Assembly (NCBI GenBank): GCA_040904565.1 | Contig: JBBDTI010000072.1 | Coordinates: 9,022 to 73,021, forward strand | Length of the DNA stretch: 64,000 nt | Direction of reading: 5' to 3' | Origin: Rhodothermales bacterium | GTDB lineage: Bacteria; Bacteroidota; Rhodothermia; Rhodothermales; VXPQ01 | Shown here: positions 16,823-26,788 of the stretch, in pieces | Layout of the letters: each line of letters starts with the position of its first letter | Numbering within the stretch: the first letter of the stretch is position 1 | Position numbers and translations under genes: made by a program | Notes under the pieces: model-generated | The model's input: the letters and a program-made list of their open reading frames with translations, nothing else | The model's database searches: none | What the model was told of the DNA's origin: nothing

Positions 16823-19800
16823 CGGTCGCGGCTCGGCTTTTCCTTGGAATCACCCTCCGCCGTCGTTTCCCCATCGGTAGCCCGGTCCTCCAGCGGCAAA
16901 ATAAGTGTGGCACGCGTGCCCTCGCCGGGAGTGCTCTCCATGTCGAGGCGGCCTCCGATGTGCCGCAGCCGCTGTTGCATCTTGGACAGACCCGTACCGC
17001 CCTCCTTCCCTGGATACGATTTCTGCGCCGCCGTCACGTCGAACCCTGAACCTCTGTCTTCGACGAAAAGGACGAGCCGTTCGTCCCTACCGGTAACGTT
17101 CAAGCGGGCCCGGTCGACGCCGGCGTGCTTGACTACATTGAAGAGCAGTTCACGCACGAGTTGATATACGAGCGCGCGGAGATCGGCCGGCAAGTCTACG
17201 GCGTCTGAGGATTCTACGTCGACCTTCAGGCCGTGCATCTCCTCCATCTGGGCCGCGAGATAGTCAAGTGCTACGATGATGTCCTCCCCTTTTAGCATCG
17301 GCGGGCTCAGTTCGACGGTCAGCGTGCGGGTCACGTCCAGGGCCCTGTCGATCAACTCGGTAGCCTGCTCGAGGCGGACTGCGTGCTCCTTCGAGAGGCT
17401 CTTCAAAAGCGGACTGATTCTCATCTTAAACGCATAGAGCAGCTGCTGCAAGTCGTCGTGAAGGATCTGCGCGATGCGTTGCCGCTCAGACTGCTCGGTA
17501 TGGATCAGCTCCGAGGCAAGCTCTTTAACCTGCGCCGTACGCACGGTAAGCAGTTCTTCCAACGTCTCGACGAGCGCCTCGAGGTGTTCGTCATACTTTT
17601 TCTTCTCCGTAACGTCAACGAACGTGATCACGACGCCATCGATGGTGCCGTCAACACTGCGGTACGGCCGGAGGCGAACGAGGAACCACTGCCGGCTCGG
17701 CACATGCTCTACTTCCCGCTCTATCATCTCGAGCTCGCGCAGGACGCTCGCCGCATCGTCGGGTAAGCTTTCGCTGCCCAACTGGTGAGCGACCTCAGCC
17801 AGGGGTCGGCCCAGATCGGCCCCGTCGATCTGGAAGAGATCCTCCACCCGCGGCGTATAGCGCCTGATGCACAGCTTCCGATCGAGGAAGATGGTCCCGA
17901 TCTCGGTGGCGTACATCAGATTTTGCAGGTCACTGTTGATTCCTTTGACCTCCTCGATCTTGCTTTCGAGTTCCTCATTGAGCGCCAGCAGCTCTTCATT
18001 GACCGATTGGAGTTCTTCCTTGGAGGTCTCGAGTTCTTCGGTCGTGGATCTGAGCTCCTCGTTGATCGACCGCATCTCCTCGTTCGAGGCCGTCATCTCT
18101 TCAAGGGCGGCTTCGTGTTCGTTCGTCGTCGCGTGAAGCTGCTCTTTCACTCTATCGAGCTCGGCTTCGAGCTGCCGGATGACGGCTTCCGCCTCCTCAA
18201 GGCTGGACGGTTCGATCGCATCCGACGCACGTTGCGTCTCCTGCCCGGCGTCCTCCGTGGCTCCAGGCTCGGCGGGCCGACGTACGGGTGGATCCACTTC
18301 GCAGAACAGGACGTGCACGTGATCGTCCTCGAAACCCGGCTCTGTGACAGGCTCCACGACCAGCTCGATCTTACGGAGCGTGCCCTCGACGCGGACCGGG
18401 ATGGCGCGAGACCGCGTCCGCTCGGCCTTCCGGAAGGCCTGGTACAGCGCCGTGCGCAGTTCGAGGCGCAGCTCCTCGCGCACGACCTTGAGCACGTCTT
18501 GCGTCGGCCGACCCGGACTAAACGTAAGGTACGCTTCGCCCCCGCCCAGTGCATGCACGACCTGGTTGTCCTTGCTGACGATGACGCTGGGCGGAGCATA
18601 CGGGGCGATCAGTTTGCGATGAAGCGCTTCAACGCCGAGGAACTCTTCTTCAGGGGCTGCATGCGGCTTCGCTGACGGAGCCGCGTTCGACGGCGGCGCT
18701 GGTGCGGAAAGGGAAGGCCGGATCACGGACACGCCTGCTCGCCGCTGGTAGAGTCCGCATTTCTTGTCTTCCGCCCGAAATAACTCGGAGGTGTCGATCG
18801 ACTCCGCGTTGCCCAGAAAGAGGTAGCCGCCAGGCCGGAGGGCATAGTGAAACACCTCGAAAATACGCCCGTGCACGTCGCGGTCAAGGTAGATGAGCAC
18901 GTTCCGGCAGGTAATGAGATCCAGCCTGGAGAAGGGCGGGTCCTGCACCAGATTATGCACGGTGAATACGATCCTCTCCCGCACCGCCTGCTTGATGAGG
19001 TAGCCGCTCGGCTCCTTATCGAAAAACCGATTCAGCCGCTCCCTGGGAACGTCGGCGGAAATAGCCTCCGGATACAACCCCTCGCGCGCCACGCCGAGCG
19101 CGCTTTCCGAGATATCCGAAGCAAATATCTGAAAGGCAGGGGGGCGGGACTGGCGCTCGGCCTCCTCACCTAGCAGCATTGCGACGGAATAGGCCTCCTC
19201 CCCCGTGGCGCATCCACAGGTCCAGGCGCGCACCGCCTCGCCCAATTCCTTGTCCGCGAACAGCTTCGGAATGACTTTTTCCAGTGCGGCGAACGCTTCC
19301 GGATCGCGAAAGAAATTGGTAACCGTTAGCAGGAGATCATTCAGGAGGTGGTGCACTTCGTCGGGTGTGTCCCGGAGATAACCGAGGTAGGCCTTCAGGT
19401 CCTCCGCCCCGCAGAGGTGCAGCCGGCGTGTAAGACGGCGCAGAACGGTGGCGTGCTTATAGTGGGTAAAGTCGTGTCCCGTGCGCGCGCGCAGGTGCGC
19501 AATGATCTTCGAGAGCACCGCTCCGTCGGCCCCGGAGAGTTCCTCCGAGTTTTCTGCAAGCGTACCGCGACGTGCGCGTTGTCGGTACTCCTGAAGCTTC
19601 TGGGTTAGCTCGGCCACGGGCAAGATCATATCGACGTGCCCGGTTGCCACGGCACTACGCGGCATCGCATCATATTCGGCCTCATCCGGGGACTGCGCCA
19701 TCGTCAGCCCCCCGTGTTCCTTGATCCGCCCGAGGCCCACCGCCCCATCGCTTCCGGTACCCGAGAGCACCACGGCGACGGCATGGCGACCGTGCGTCTC

Positions 19801-20211
19801 TGCGAGCGTGCGGAAAAAGTGGTCGATGGGGGCGTGCCCGCGCCGCGACCGTTCGGAAAGCTGGAGATGACCGTCGGTCATCGAAAGATCCTTTCCCGGC
19901 GGGATAACGTAGACGTGGCCCGCCTCCACCCGTACCGGGCCGTGCACCTGGGCAACCGGCATCGACGTGTGCTGCCGCAGCAATTCCGCCATCTGGCTCT
20001 CGTGCTCCGGCGAGAGGTGGACGATGACGACGAAGGCCATACCTTCCGTCTCGGACACGTGGCTAAAGAAGGCTTCGAGCGCCTTCAGCCCTCCCGCCGA
20101 GGCACCAATGCCAACGACGACAAGTTCATCTGGTACTTCCCCGTCTTCCGATTCCCCCAACGAAGGACGAACCGGCTCTTCTGACGACGACGTATGCTTC
20201 TGGATGGCCAT
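16819..20211 (-). CDS. CheB-CheR-PAS-HisKA_3 fusion sensor histidine kinase
   Basis: CheB: GASAGG, VHL, LSGTGSDG. CheR: VTNFFRDP, TCGCATGEEAYS, LDLITCRNVLIY. Coiled coil, PAS, ERQRIAQILHDD H-box, ELLFNVVKHA, EDRGSGFD, GTGL. Confidence 0.92.
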   Translation of the reverse strand: MAIQKHTSSSEEPVRPSLGESEDGEVPDELVVVGIGASAGGLKALEAFFSHVSETEGMAFVVIVHLSPEHESQMAELLRQHTSMPVAQVHGPVRVEAGHVYVIPPGKDLSMTDGHLQLSERSRRGHAPIDHFFRTLAETHGRHAVAVVLSGTGSDGAVGLGRIKEHGGLTMAQSPDEAEYDAMPRSAVATGHVDMILPVAELTQKLQEYRQRARRGTLAENSEELSGADGAVLSKIIAHLRARTGHDFTHYKHATVLRRLTRRLHLCGAEDLKAYLGYLRDTPDEVHHLLNDLLLTVTNFFRDPEAFAALEKVIPKLFADKELGEAVRAWTCGCATGEEAYSVAMLLGEEAERQSRPPAFQIFASDISESALGVAREGLYPEAISADVPRERLNRFFDKEPSGYLIKQAVRERIVFTVHNLVQDPPFSRLDLITCRNVLIYLDRDVHGRIFEVFHYALRPGGYLFLGNAESIDTSELFRAEDKKCGLYQRRAGVSVIRPSLSAPAPPSNAAPSAKPHAAPEEEFLGVEALHRKLIAPYAPPSVIVSKDNQVVHALGGGEAYLTFSPGRPTQDVLKVVREELRLELRTALYQAFRKAERTRSRAIPVRVEGTLRKIELVVEPVTEPGFEDDHVHVLFCEVDPPVRRPAEPGATEDAGQETQRASDAIEPSSLEEAEAVIRQLEAELDRVKEQLHATTNEHEAALEEMTASNEEMRSINEELRSTTEELETSKEELQSVNEELLALNEELESKIEEVKGINSDLQNLMYATEIGTIFLDRKLCIRRYTPRVEDLFQIDGADLGRPLAEVAHQLGSESLPDDAASVLRELEMIEREVEHVPSRQWFLVRLRPYRSVDGTIDGVVITFVDVTEKKKYDEHLEALVETLEELLTVRTAQVKELASELIHTEQSERQRIAQILHDDLQQLLYAFKMRISPLLKSLSKEHAVRLEQATELIDRALDVTRTLTVELSPPMLKGEDIIVALDYLAAQMEEMHGLKVDVESSDAVDLPADLRALVYQLVRELLFNVVKHAGVDRARLNVTGRDERLVLFVEDRGSGFDVTAAQKSYPGKEGGTGLSKMQQRLRHIGGRLDMESTPGEGTRATLILPLEDRATDGETTAEGDSKEKPSRDR

Positions 20212-20572
20212 GTCGCATGTCCGATTGTCAAAAAGAGGGCGGAATCGCGTGGACGTTCACGTAAATCCCATGTTATCATTTAACAAAAGCGTTCCGCACC
20301 TGCTTCTATTATACGCGTTATGAGTGCGGGCACCTTACAATGACTAGATTTGTATCGTATTCGTCAAATTCGCTTCCCCTCGTGCGAACTGGGCCGGTGC
20401 CACGCAGCCTCGAACAAAAACTGCGCCGGTGATCCCGACATGGAAGCCGAGGTGGGAACCTTATTTAAGGCTCGCAAGGAGGCCTGGATCTACCGTGAGC
20501 TCAGTCGATCTGACGGAATGTGGACCTGCTGGCTTCCGCGCCGAGCCTGCGCGCTCACGCACGCGACCTTCG

Positions 20573-21451
20573 TCAGAGCTCCAGCCGGCTCAGATATTCA
20601 TAGCTTTTCGTCACCCCTTCGAAGGGCTCCTCGGTGCCGACCTCTACGATGTAGCCGAACTCGTCGATGTCGCTCATCCGGGCCGCCTCGAACAGTTCGG
20701 GCCAGTCGAGGATTCCGTTTCCGACCGGCACGCCGCCGTCACGGTCCGAACCGAAATCCGACAGATGCAGCGAGGTAAACCGGCCGGCGTATTTCTTCAA
20801 ATACTCTACGACGTCGTATCCTTCCCGACCGGCACCGATCTGGAACTGCATTTTGACGAGGTCCGGATCCAGGAGATCCATCAGATGATCGTACTGCGGC
20901 TTCCCGTCGATCTCCGGGCCGATGATGTGGTTGTGATACCCGAGCTGGAGTCCGGCCGCCTGGACCGCCTCGCCCGCCGCATGCGCCTCGTCGGCAAACT
21001 GTTTCCACCGGTCCAGCGTGGCTTCTCGCTCATTGAACGGAGCGGAAGAGATGTACATCGTGTGCAGGCGGAGCTTTTTTGCGAGCTCGATCGCCGAATG
21101 CACGTTATCGCCGTTGTTTCCCAGCACCTCGTCACCTGTAAAATGAGAGCTCCGGCAGCGGAGTCCGGCGTCCTCGATGCGCCGCCGTAAATCCTCCGGA
21201 TCCGTCGTCTCGTACGTCACGAACTGGCTGTAGCTGGCGGGCGAGCACAGTTCCATAGCGTCGTAACCGATCTCTCGCATCCTGCCGAGCGATCCGTCCA
21301 GATCGGTGCCCATGGGCTCGCGCACCACCCAGTACTGGAACGTCAAAGGAGCATTGAATCGACTGGCAAACGGCCGGATAGCATTCGCCTTCAAGGCGAG
21401 GAAACCCATGGCGCTGGTGCCGAGAAACTGTCGTCGGGTCAGGGTCTTCAT
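20573..21451 (-). CDS. Tat-exported sugar phosphate isomerase/epimerase (TIM barrel), paralogue of 1936..2871
   Basis: TRRQFL signal, ELCSP, LGYHNH, MQFQ, SLHLSD, VGNGILDW, IVEV. Confidence 0.85.
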   Translation of the reverse strand: MKTLTRRQFLGTSAMGFLALKANAIRPFASRFNAPLTFQYWVVREPMGTDLDGSLGRMREIGYDAMELCSPASYSQFVTYETTDPEDLRRRIEDAGLRCRSSHFTGDEVLGNNGDNVHSAIELAKKLRLHTMYISSAPFNEREATLDRWKQFADEAHAAGEAVQAAGLQLGYHNHIIGPEIDGKPQYDHLMDLLDPDLVKMQFQIGAGREGYDVVEYLKKYAGRFTSLHLSDFGSDRDGGVPVGNGILDWPELFEAARMSDIDEFGYIVEVGTEEPFEGVTKSYEYLSRLEL

Positions 21452-21674
21452 GGTGTACACGTGATTGGAGAGGCTGGATGGAATACAGTCAAAGGGATCT
21501 GCGCTATCGTCGGCGGGGGAGGAATAATAAACGCCAAGAATGGCGGTAATGCCAGTGCGACGGTCCCCTATTCGGTCCCTACGAAGAGTACCTACGTAGC
21601 GCACCCCTCGAGCGGCCGGCGGGATGCCGTTCGTACCACCCACCGGCGGCATTGCTGCCCGTCGTCGTGCGGAC

Positions 21675-23876
21675 CTATGCGTGGCTATGATTCTGAGGGC
21701 GCATCGAGAGGCTAATCCGGCCGAGCTTCTCGTCGATGTCCGTTACACGTACGGAAACGATCTGTCCGACCTTCACTACGTCGGTCGGAGCCTTCACGAA
21801 CCGGTCCGCCAGCTGAGACACGTGGACGAGCCCGTCGCGCTTGACGCCGACATCCACGAACGCACCGAAGTTGGTCACGTTGGTTATCACGCCTTCCAGC
21901 CTCATGCCTTCCCGCAGGTCGGACATCGTCGTGACATCCTCACGAAAGCGGGCGTACCGGAATTCCTCGCGCGGGTCGCGGCCGGGCTTTTTAAGCTCGT
22001 CGACGATGTCCCGTAGCGTAGGCATGCCGACCGTATCCGTGGCATAACGCCGCGGATCGAGCATCTCGATACGGTCTGCATCACCGATTAAGGCCCCCGG
22101 CGGCACGCCAAGATCGCTCGCCATCCGCTCGACGACTGGATAGCTCTCAGGGTGAACGCCCGTGTTGTCGAGGGGGTTGACACCTCCACGAATGCGCAGG
22201 AATCCCGCCGCCTGCTCGAACGTCTTCGGCCCGAAACGATGTACGTCCATCAGCTCCCTGCGCGTCGAGAATGCCCCCTGCTCGTCGCGGTGCGCGACGA
22301 TATTCTCCGCGACGGACGCCGTGATGCCCGCCACGAACCGCAGCAGCTCCCTGGAGGCCATATTGAGATCCACGCCGACGTAGTTGACGCAGCTTTCGAC
22401 CGTTTCTTCCAGTTTCCGCTGAAGCAGGTTCTGATCCACGTCGTGCTGATACTGGCCCACCCCGATCGACCGGGGATCGATCTTTACGAGCTCGGCCAGC
22501 GGATCCTGCAGCCGGCGTCCGATCGAGATGGCGCCCCGCACGGTGACGTCCAGGTCGGGAAATTCATCGATGGCGACCTCACTGGCTGAATAGACCGAGG
22601 CGCCGGCCTCACTGACGAGGACGCAGACCGGCGTATCGCCCCCCTCCGACAGCACCTTCGACGCGAACTGCTCGGTCTCGCGTCCGGCCGTGCCGTTTCC
22701 CACGGCTACGAGCTCGATATCATGCCGCGCCGCGAGTTCGCTGAGCGCGCGGGAAGCATCCTCCTGCCGCACCTCGGATCCGTGAGGAAAGATGGTGGCA
22801 TGCTCGAGAAACTTGCCGGTCTCGTCGAGGACGGCCAGCTTGCAGCCGGTCCGGTATCCCGGATCGATCCCGAGCGTAGGCCGCATCCCGGCGGGAGCCG
22901 CCAGAAGGAGCTCGCGGAGGTTTGCCGCAAACGTTGCCACCGAAGCCGCGTCGGCCTCCTGCTTTTTCTGCTGGCGGACGTCGCCGACCAGCGTGTTTTT
23001 CATGAGCCGGCCAAAGGCGTCAGCCACCATGGTGGTAAGAAATCCGCGCAGCGTCGGATCGGGCGTCCGTACCTCACGGTCGGCGAGGTAGGCGAGCACG
23101 CGCTCCTCATCGAACGAGAGCTTGACCGTCAGGATGCCTTCGTCTTCTCCGCGGAGCAGCGCGAGCAATTGATGAGCTGCGACGTCCTTGACCGGGACAC
23201 GGAAATCCCGGTACGTCTCGAACTGCGTCGTGCCTTTCTTGTACCGGCCCTTGATCTGAGAGGTGAATACGCCCTGCTTGAGCAGATAGCGTCGGATGCG
23301 CGCCCGATAGTTTGCCGTCTCCGCGACGCCTTCGGCCAGAATATCGGATGCACCCTGCAGCGCGTCCTCGGGCGTCGGTACCTCTCGATCCGCATCCACA
23401 TACCCCCCTGCTTCTGCCAGGAGATCCACGCCCGTCGTGATCGATTCGTTCTGCTTCTGAATCCATTCCGCCAACGGTTCCAGACCGCGTTCGCGCGCTG
23501 CCGTAGCGCGGGTCCGCCGCTTCGGCCGGAACGGCAGATACAGGTCCTCAAGCTCCGCCTTCTGCGCCGCCGACTCGATGCGACGCAGCAGGTCATCCGT
23601 CAGCTTGCCCTGCTCCTCGATGGATTGAAGGATGACGTCCTTCCGATCCTCGAGTTCGGTAAGGTATTGATGCCGTTCGAGGAGACTCCGCAGCTGGATC
23701 TCGTCCATCCCGCCGGTCTGCTCCTTCCGATAGCGGGCGACGAACGGAACCGTGCCTCCGCCGTCGAAGAGCTCGAGCGCGTTATTGATCCGCCAGGGTT
23801 CGAGCGCCAGCTGCTTCGCGAGCGCGCGGCGGATATCGAGCCTGCCTGTTCGCTGAGAAGTGGTGTTCGGGCGCAC
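21675..23876 (-). CDS. tex: Tex family RNA-binding transcription accessory protein
   Basis: GTVPFVARYRKE, LEDLYLPF, GIDPGYRTGCK, SEAGASVYSAS, RRLQDPLAELVKIDP, C-terminal S1 domain. Confidence 0.95.
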   Translation of the reverse strand: MRPNTTSQRTGRLDIRRALAKQLALEPWRINNALELFDGGGTVPFVARYRKEQTGGMDEIQLRSLLERHQYLTELEDRKDVILQSIEEQGKLTDDLLRRIESAAQKAELEDLYLPFRPKRRTRATAARERGLEPLAEWIQKQNESITTGVDLLAEAGGYVDADREVPTPEDALQGASDILAEGVAETANYRARIRRYLLKQGVFTSQIKGRYKKGTTQFETYRDFRVPVKDVAAHQLLALLRGEDEGILTVKLSFDEERVLAYLADREVRTPDPTLRGFLTTMVADAFGRLMKNTLVGDVRQQKKQEADAASVATFAANLRELLLAAPAGMRPTLGIDPGYRTGCKLAVLDETGKFLEHATIFPHGSEVRQEDASRALSELAARHDIELVAVGNGTAGRETEQFASKVLSEGGDTPVCVLVSEAGASVYSASEVAIDEFPDLDVTVRGAISIGRRLQDPLAELVKIDPRSIGVGQYQHDVDQNLLQRKLEETVESCVNYVGVDLNMASRELLRFVAGITASVAENIVAHRDEQGAFSTRRELMDVHRFGPKTFEQAAGFLRIRGGVNPLDNTGVHPESYPVVERMASDLGVPPGALIGDADRIEMLDPRRYATDTVGMPTLRDIVDELKKPGRDPREEFRYARFREDVTTMSDLREGMRLEGVITNVTNFGAFVDVGVKRDGLVHVSQLADRFVKAPTDVVKVGQIVSVRVTDIDEKLGRISLSMRPQNHSHA

Positions 23877-23879
23877 CGC

Positions 23880-24719
23880 TCAGCCCATGTGCGTATGCAG
23901 ATCCTCGCGCCGATGCTTCTTCCGAAGCTTGCGGAGTGCTTTCTCCTTGATCTGCCGGACGCGCTCCCGGGTGAGTCCGAAACGCTGGCCGACCTCCTCC
24001 AGCGTCAGGCGATGCTCGCGGCCGATGCCGAAGTACAGCCGCGTGATTTCAGCCTCGCGCGGACGCAGCAGACTCAACGCGTGCTCGATGTCGATCTTCA
24101 CGGACTCGTCGAGCATCCGATCGTCCGGAGAGTCATCTTCATCACACGGGACGACGTCCAGTAAGCTGTTGTCGTCCTCGTCGTTGAACGGGGCATCCAT
24201 CGACAGATGACGCTTCGCATGCTGCATCGCATCGCGAACCTTATTGACGGCGATATCCAGCTCTTCCGCCACCTCCTCGATGTTCGGGGCCCGCTCGTGC
24301 TTCTGCTCGAGCTTGGCCCGCGTCTTCCGCACCTTGGATATGGTACCGATACGGTTCAACGGCAATCGCACGACACGACTCTGCTGCGCCAGTGCCTGCA
24401 GGATCGCCTGGCGTATCCACCAGACGGCATAGGAGATGAACTTGAACCCGCGCGTCTCGTCAAAACGCTTCGCCGCCTTGATAAGACCGTAGTTGCCCTC
24501 ATTGATCAGGTCGGCGAGCGTCAGACCCTGACCCTGATACTTCTTGGCGACGGAGACGACGAATCGAAGGTTGGCTCGCGTCATTTTGTCCAACGCTTCC
24601 TGATCCCCTTCGTGAATGCGCTGCGCCAGTTCTACTTCTTCTTCTGGTGTGAGAAGCGGAATCTGGCCAATCTCGTGCAGATACTGATCCAGCATCCGTT
24701 GCTGGCGTGAATCATACAT
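23880..24719 (-). CDS. RNA polymerase sigma-70 factor, RpoD/SigA-like, lacking region 1.1
   Basis: [56 protein letters not shown]. Confidence 0.95.
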   Translation of the reverse strand: MYDSRQQRMLDQYLHEIGQIPLLTPEEEVELAQRIHEGDQEALDKMTRANLRFVVSVAKKYQGQGLTLADLINEGNYGLIKAAKRFDETRGFKFISYAVWWIRQAILQALAQQSRVVRLPLNRIGTISKVRKTRAKLEQKHERAPNIEEVAEELDIAVNKVRDAMQHAKRHLSMDAPFNDEDDNSLLDVVPCDEDDSPDDRMLDESVKIDIEHALSLLRPREAEITRLYFGIGREHRLTLEEVGQRFGLTRERVRQIKEKALRKLRKKHRREDLHTHMG

Positions 24720-24996
24720 AGGCTGATCAGCCGATTAAGTGATAGTAGCAATGAGGCCGAATTTTGCGGTGGACTACTTAGGAAAATTCAAGGATACTGG
24801 CGGACTAATAAGACGTGCACGGCGGAAAAGTACGATCGAAATTCCCCGTATTATCCCGATGTGACCATAATATCCACGGATCGCGTGCTGCCATGTTCCG
24901 ATCTCTTTACAATCCGGATGCGCCACCGAACCGAATCGATCGAGGTGTCGTACGATGCCCATCGCTTCACGCAGTAGAGAATTCCCCAAGTGCGCC

Positions 24997-25407
24997 ATGA
25001 ACATGTTGTCGCTTTTACTCCTTTCGAGCGCCGTCTCCCTTACGATGGCCCTGGGTCCCATGCAAGACGACCCGAATGCAACGAACGAGAAGGACGGACC
25101 GGTGCGTCACGTCGTCGCATTTAAATACACGTCGGATGCAACGGACGATCAGATCGCCGAAGTCACTGACGCCTTTCGGGAGCTCCGGAACAGCATTCCA
25201 GGTATCGTGAGCTTCGAGTACGGCATCAACAACAGTCCGGAAGGTCAGAACGACGGCTTCACGCACCTCTACCTGATCACCTTCGAAGATGAAGCAGCTC
25301 GTGACGCCTATCTCCCTCATCCCGAACACGAGAAGTTTGGCGCGCTCCTTGGAAGGTTGGGCGTCCTGGAGGACGCCTTCGTGATCGACTACGTGCCGCA
25401 GGAATAG
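24997..25407 (+). CDS. Dabb (stress-responsive A/B barrel) family protein, probably secreted
   Basis: VRHVVAFKY, IPGIVSFEYGINNSPEG, GFTH, YLPHPEH. Hydrophobic N-terminus. Confidence 0.85.
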   Translation: MNMLSLLLLSSAVSLTMALGPMQDDPNATNEKDGPVRHVVAFKYTSDATDDQIAEVTDAFRELRNSIPGIVSFEYGINNSPEGQNDGFTHLYLITFEDEAARDAYLPHPEHEKFGALLGRLGVLEDAFVIDYVPQE

Positions 25408-25421
25408 CGGGACGGTGATGC

Positions 25422-26450
25422 TCAAGCCTCTTCCCGCAGGAACGATTCGGCTTTCCGCACCATCTCGCTGCTGCCGATGTACAGCGCCGTGCGCTGATGC
25501 AGGCTTTCGGGCTGGATATCGAGAATGCGGCGATGGCCATCCGTCGCGCGTCCGCCGGCCTCCTCCACGAGAAAGGCCATGGGATTCGCCTCATACATCA
25601 GGCGCAACTTGCCGTCCGGGTACACGGCCGTGGCCGGATAGATGTAGATCCCGCCCTTCAACAGGTTGCGGTGGAAGTCGGAGATAAAGGACCCCGTATA
25701 CCGCGTCTTGTGCGCCTGCGGCTTCTCCTGCTCGTGTTTGAGCCAGTGCATGTAGCGCTCCAGACCCGCCGTAAATGCGGCGGCATTGCCCTCGTCGATC
25801 GAGTAAAAGCGGCCGGAATCCGGCGTCTTGATCTTCGGATGGGAAAGCATGAACTCACCTACGGAAGGATCCAGCGTGAAGCCGTTGACGCCGTCGCCGG
25901 AGGTGTAGACGAACATCGTCGAGGAGCCGTAGATAATGTATCCGGCCGCCACCTGCTCGACTCCTGGCTCGAGGACGGAATCCAGCGTAGGCCGGCCGAA
26001 GTCTTCCGGAAGCCGGAAGACGGAGAAGATCGTGCCCACCGAAACGTTCACGTCGATGTTCGACGATCCGTCGAGGGGATCGAGGAGGACGACGTACGAG
26101 CTGTCGTTCTGCGGACGCGTATCGACCGGAATAATCTCGTCGCTCTCTTCCGAAACGATGAGCCCACATTCACCGCCCAGCCGAAGGGCTTCGATAAATT
26201 CGGTGTGGGCGATGACGTCGAGCTTCTGCTGGATTTCTCCCTGCACGTTGACCGCATCGGTCGCGCCCGTGACGTCCAGCAGTCCAGCACGGCCGATGTA
26301 ACTGTTGACCACCTTGGCAGCGATGGAAAGGTCGCGGATGAGCCGGGAGAAGCTGCCGGTTACCAGGCGAAGCTGATCCTGACGCTCGAGGATGAACTGC
26401 TCGAGCGTCTTATAGCGACTCGAGGGGCGTCTAACGGTCGGTGCAGACAT
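25422..26450 (-). CDS. fbp: Fructose-1,6-bisphosphatase class 1
   Basis: GEIQQKLD, SEE, DPLDGSSNIDVNVSVGTIFS, GKLRLMYEANP. Confidence 0.95.
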   Translation of the reverse strand: MSAPTVRRPSSRYKTLEQFILERQDQLRLVTGSFSRLIRDLSIAAKVVNSYIGRAGLLDVTGATDAVNVQGEIQQKLDVIAHTEFIEALRLGGECGLIVSEESDEIIPVDTRPQNDSSYVVLLDPLDGSSNIDVNVSVGTIFSVFRLPEDFGRPTLDSVLEPGVEQVAAGYIIYGSSTMFVYTSGDGVNGFTLDPSVGEFMLSHPKIKTPDSGRFYSIDEGNAAAFTAGLERYMHWLKHEQEKPQAHKTRYTGSFISDFHRNLLKGGIYIYPATAVYPDGKLRLMYEANPMAFLVEEAGGRATDGHRRILDIQPESLHQRTALYIGSSEMVRKAESFLREEA

Positions 26451-26788
26451 GAAATGTTTCTCGCTGTTGAAAGATAGACACATTCAACGCCCGCCTGTAC
26501 GTGGATCGACGAACGCCATTGTGTCAACTGGTCAAGAACAAGAACAGGGAATCCGTGATACCGTTTCCACATGAGGTTCTACGAGATGATGCGGTAGCAC
26601 TCTCTATGGGCCGCCGGATCAGCATATTGGCTCGCTTTCGCCGCGGCCTCGTTCGTCAACGGCCCCGACACGTTCTCATTGAGAAAAGGTTGTAGCGATC
26701 CACCGGTACCTCGAACACGGGCCCCTGCCGTCGATTCCACTAGATAGACGAACGAGTGAATCCAGTATCATCGACAGCAGGCTCCGTT

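Noticed and set aside
16106-17164. 352-aa plus-strand ORF spanning the regulator intergenic region
   Set aside because: Overlaps real minus-strand genes; Ser/Arg/Pro-rich and not protein-like.
2872-20572. cgs-mce-cheBR block as a mobile element
   Set aside because: No integrase, transposase, tRNA target or flanking direct repeats seen; horizontal origin is unsupported from sequence alone.
20212-20572. Short ORFs in the gap upstream of the CheBR kinase
   Set aside because: No RBS or motif support; they run into the antisense of the TIM-barrel gene.
22722-24164. 480-aa plus-strand ORF
   Set aside because: Antisense shadow of tex and the sigma gene; expected from high-GC codon bias; no recognisable motifs.
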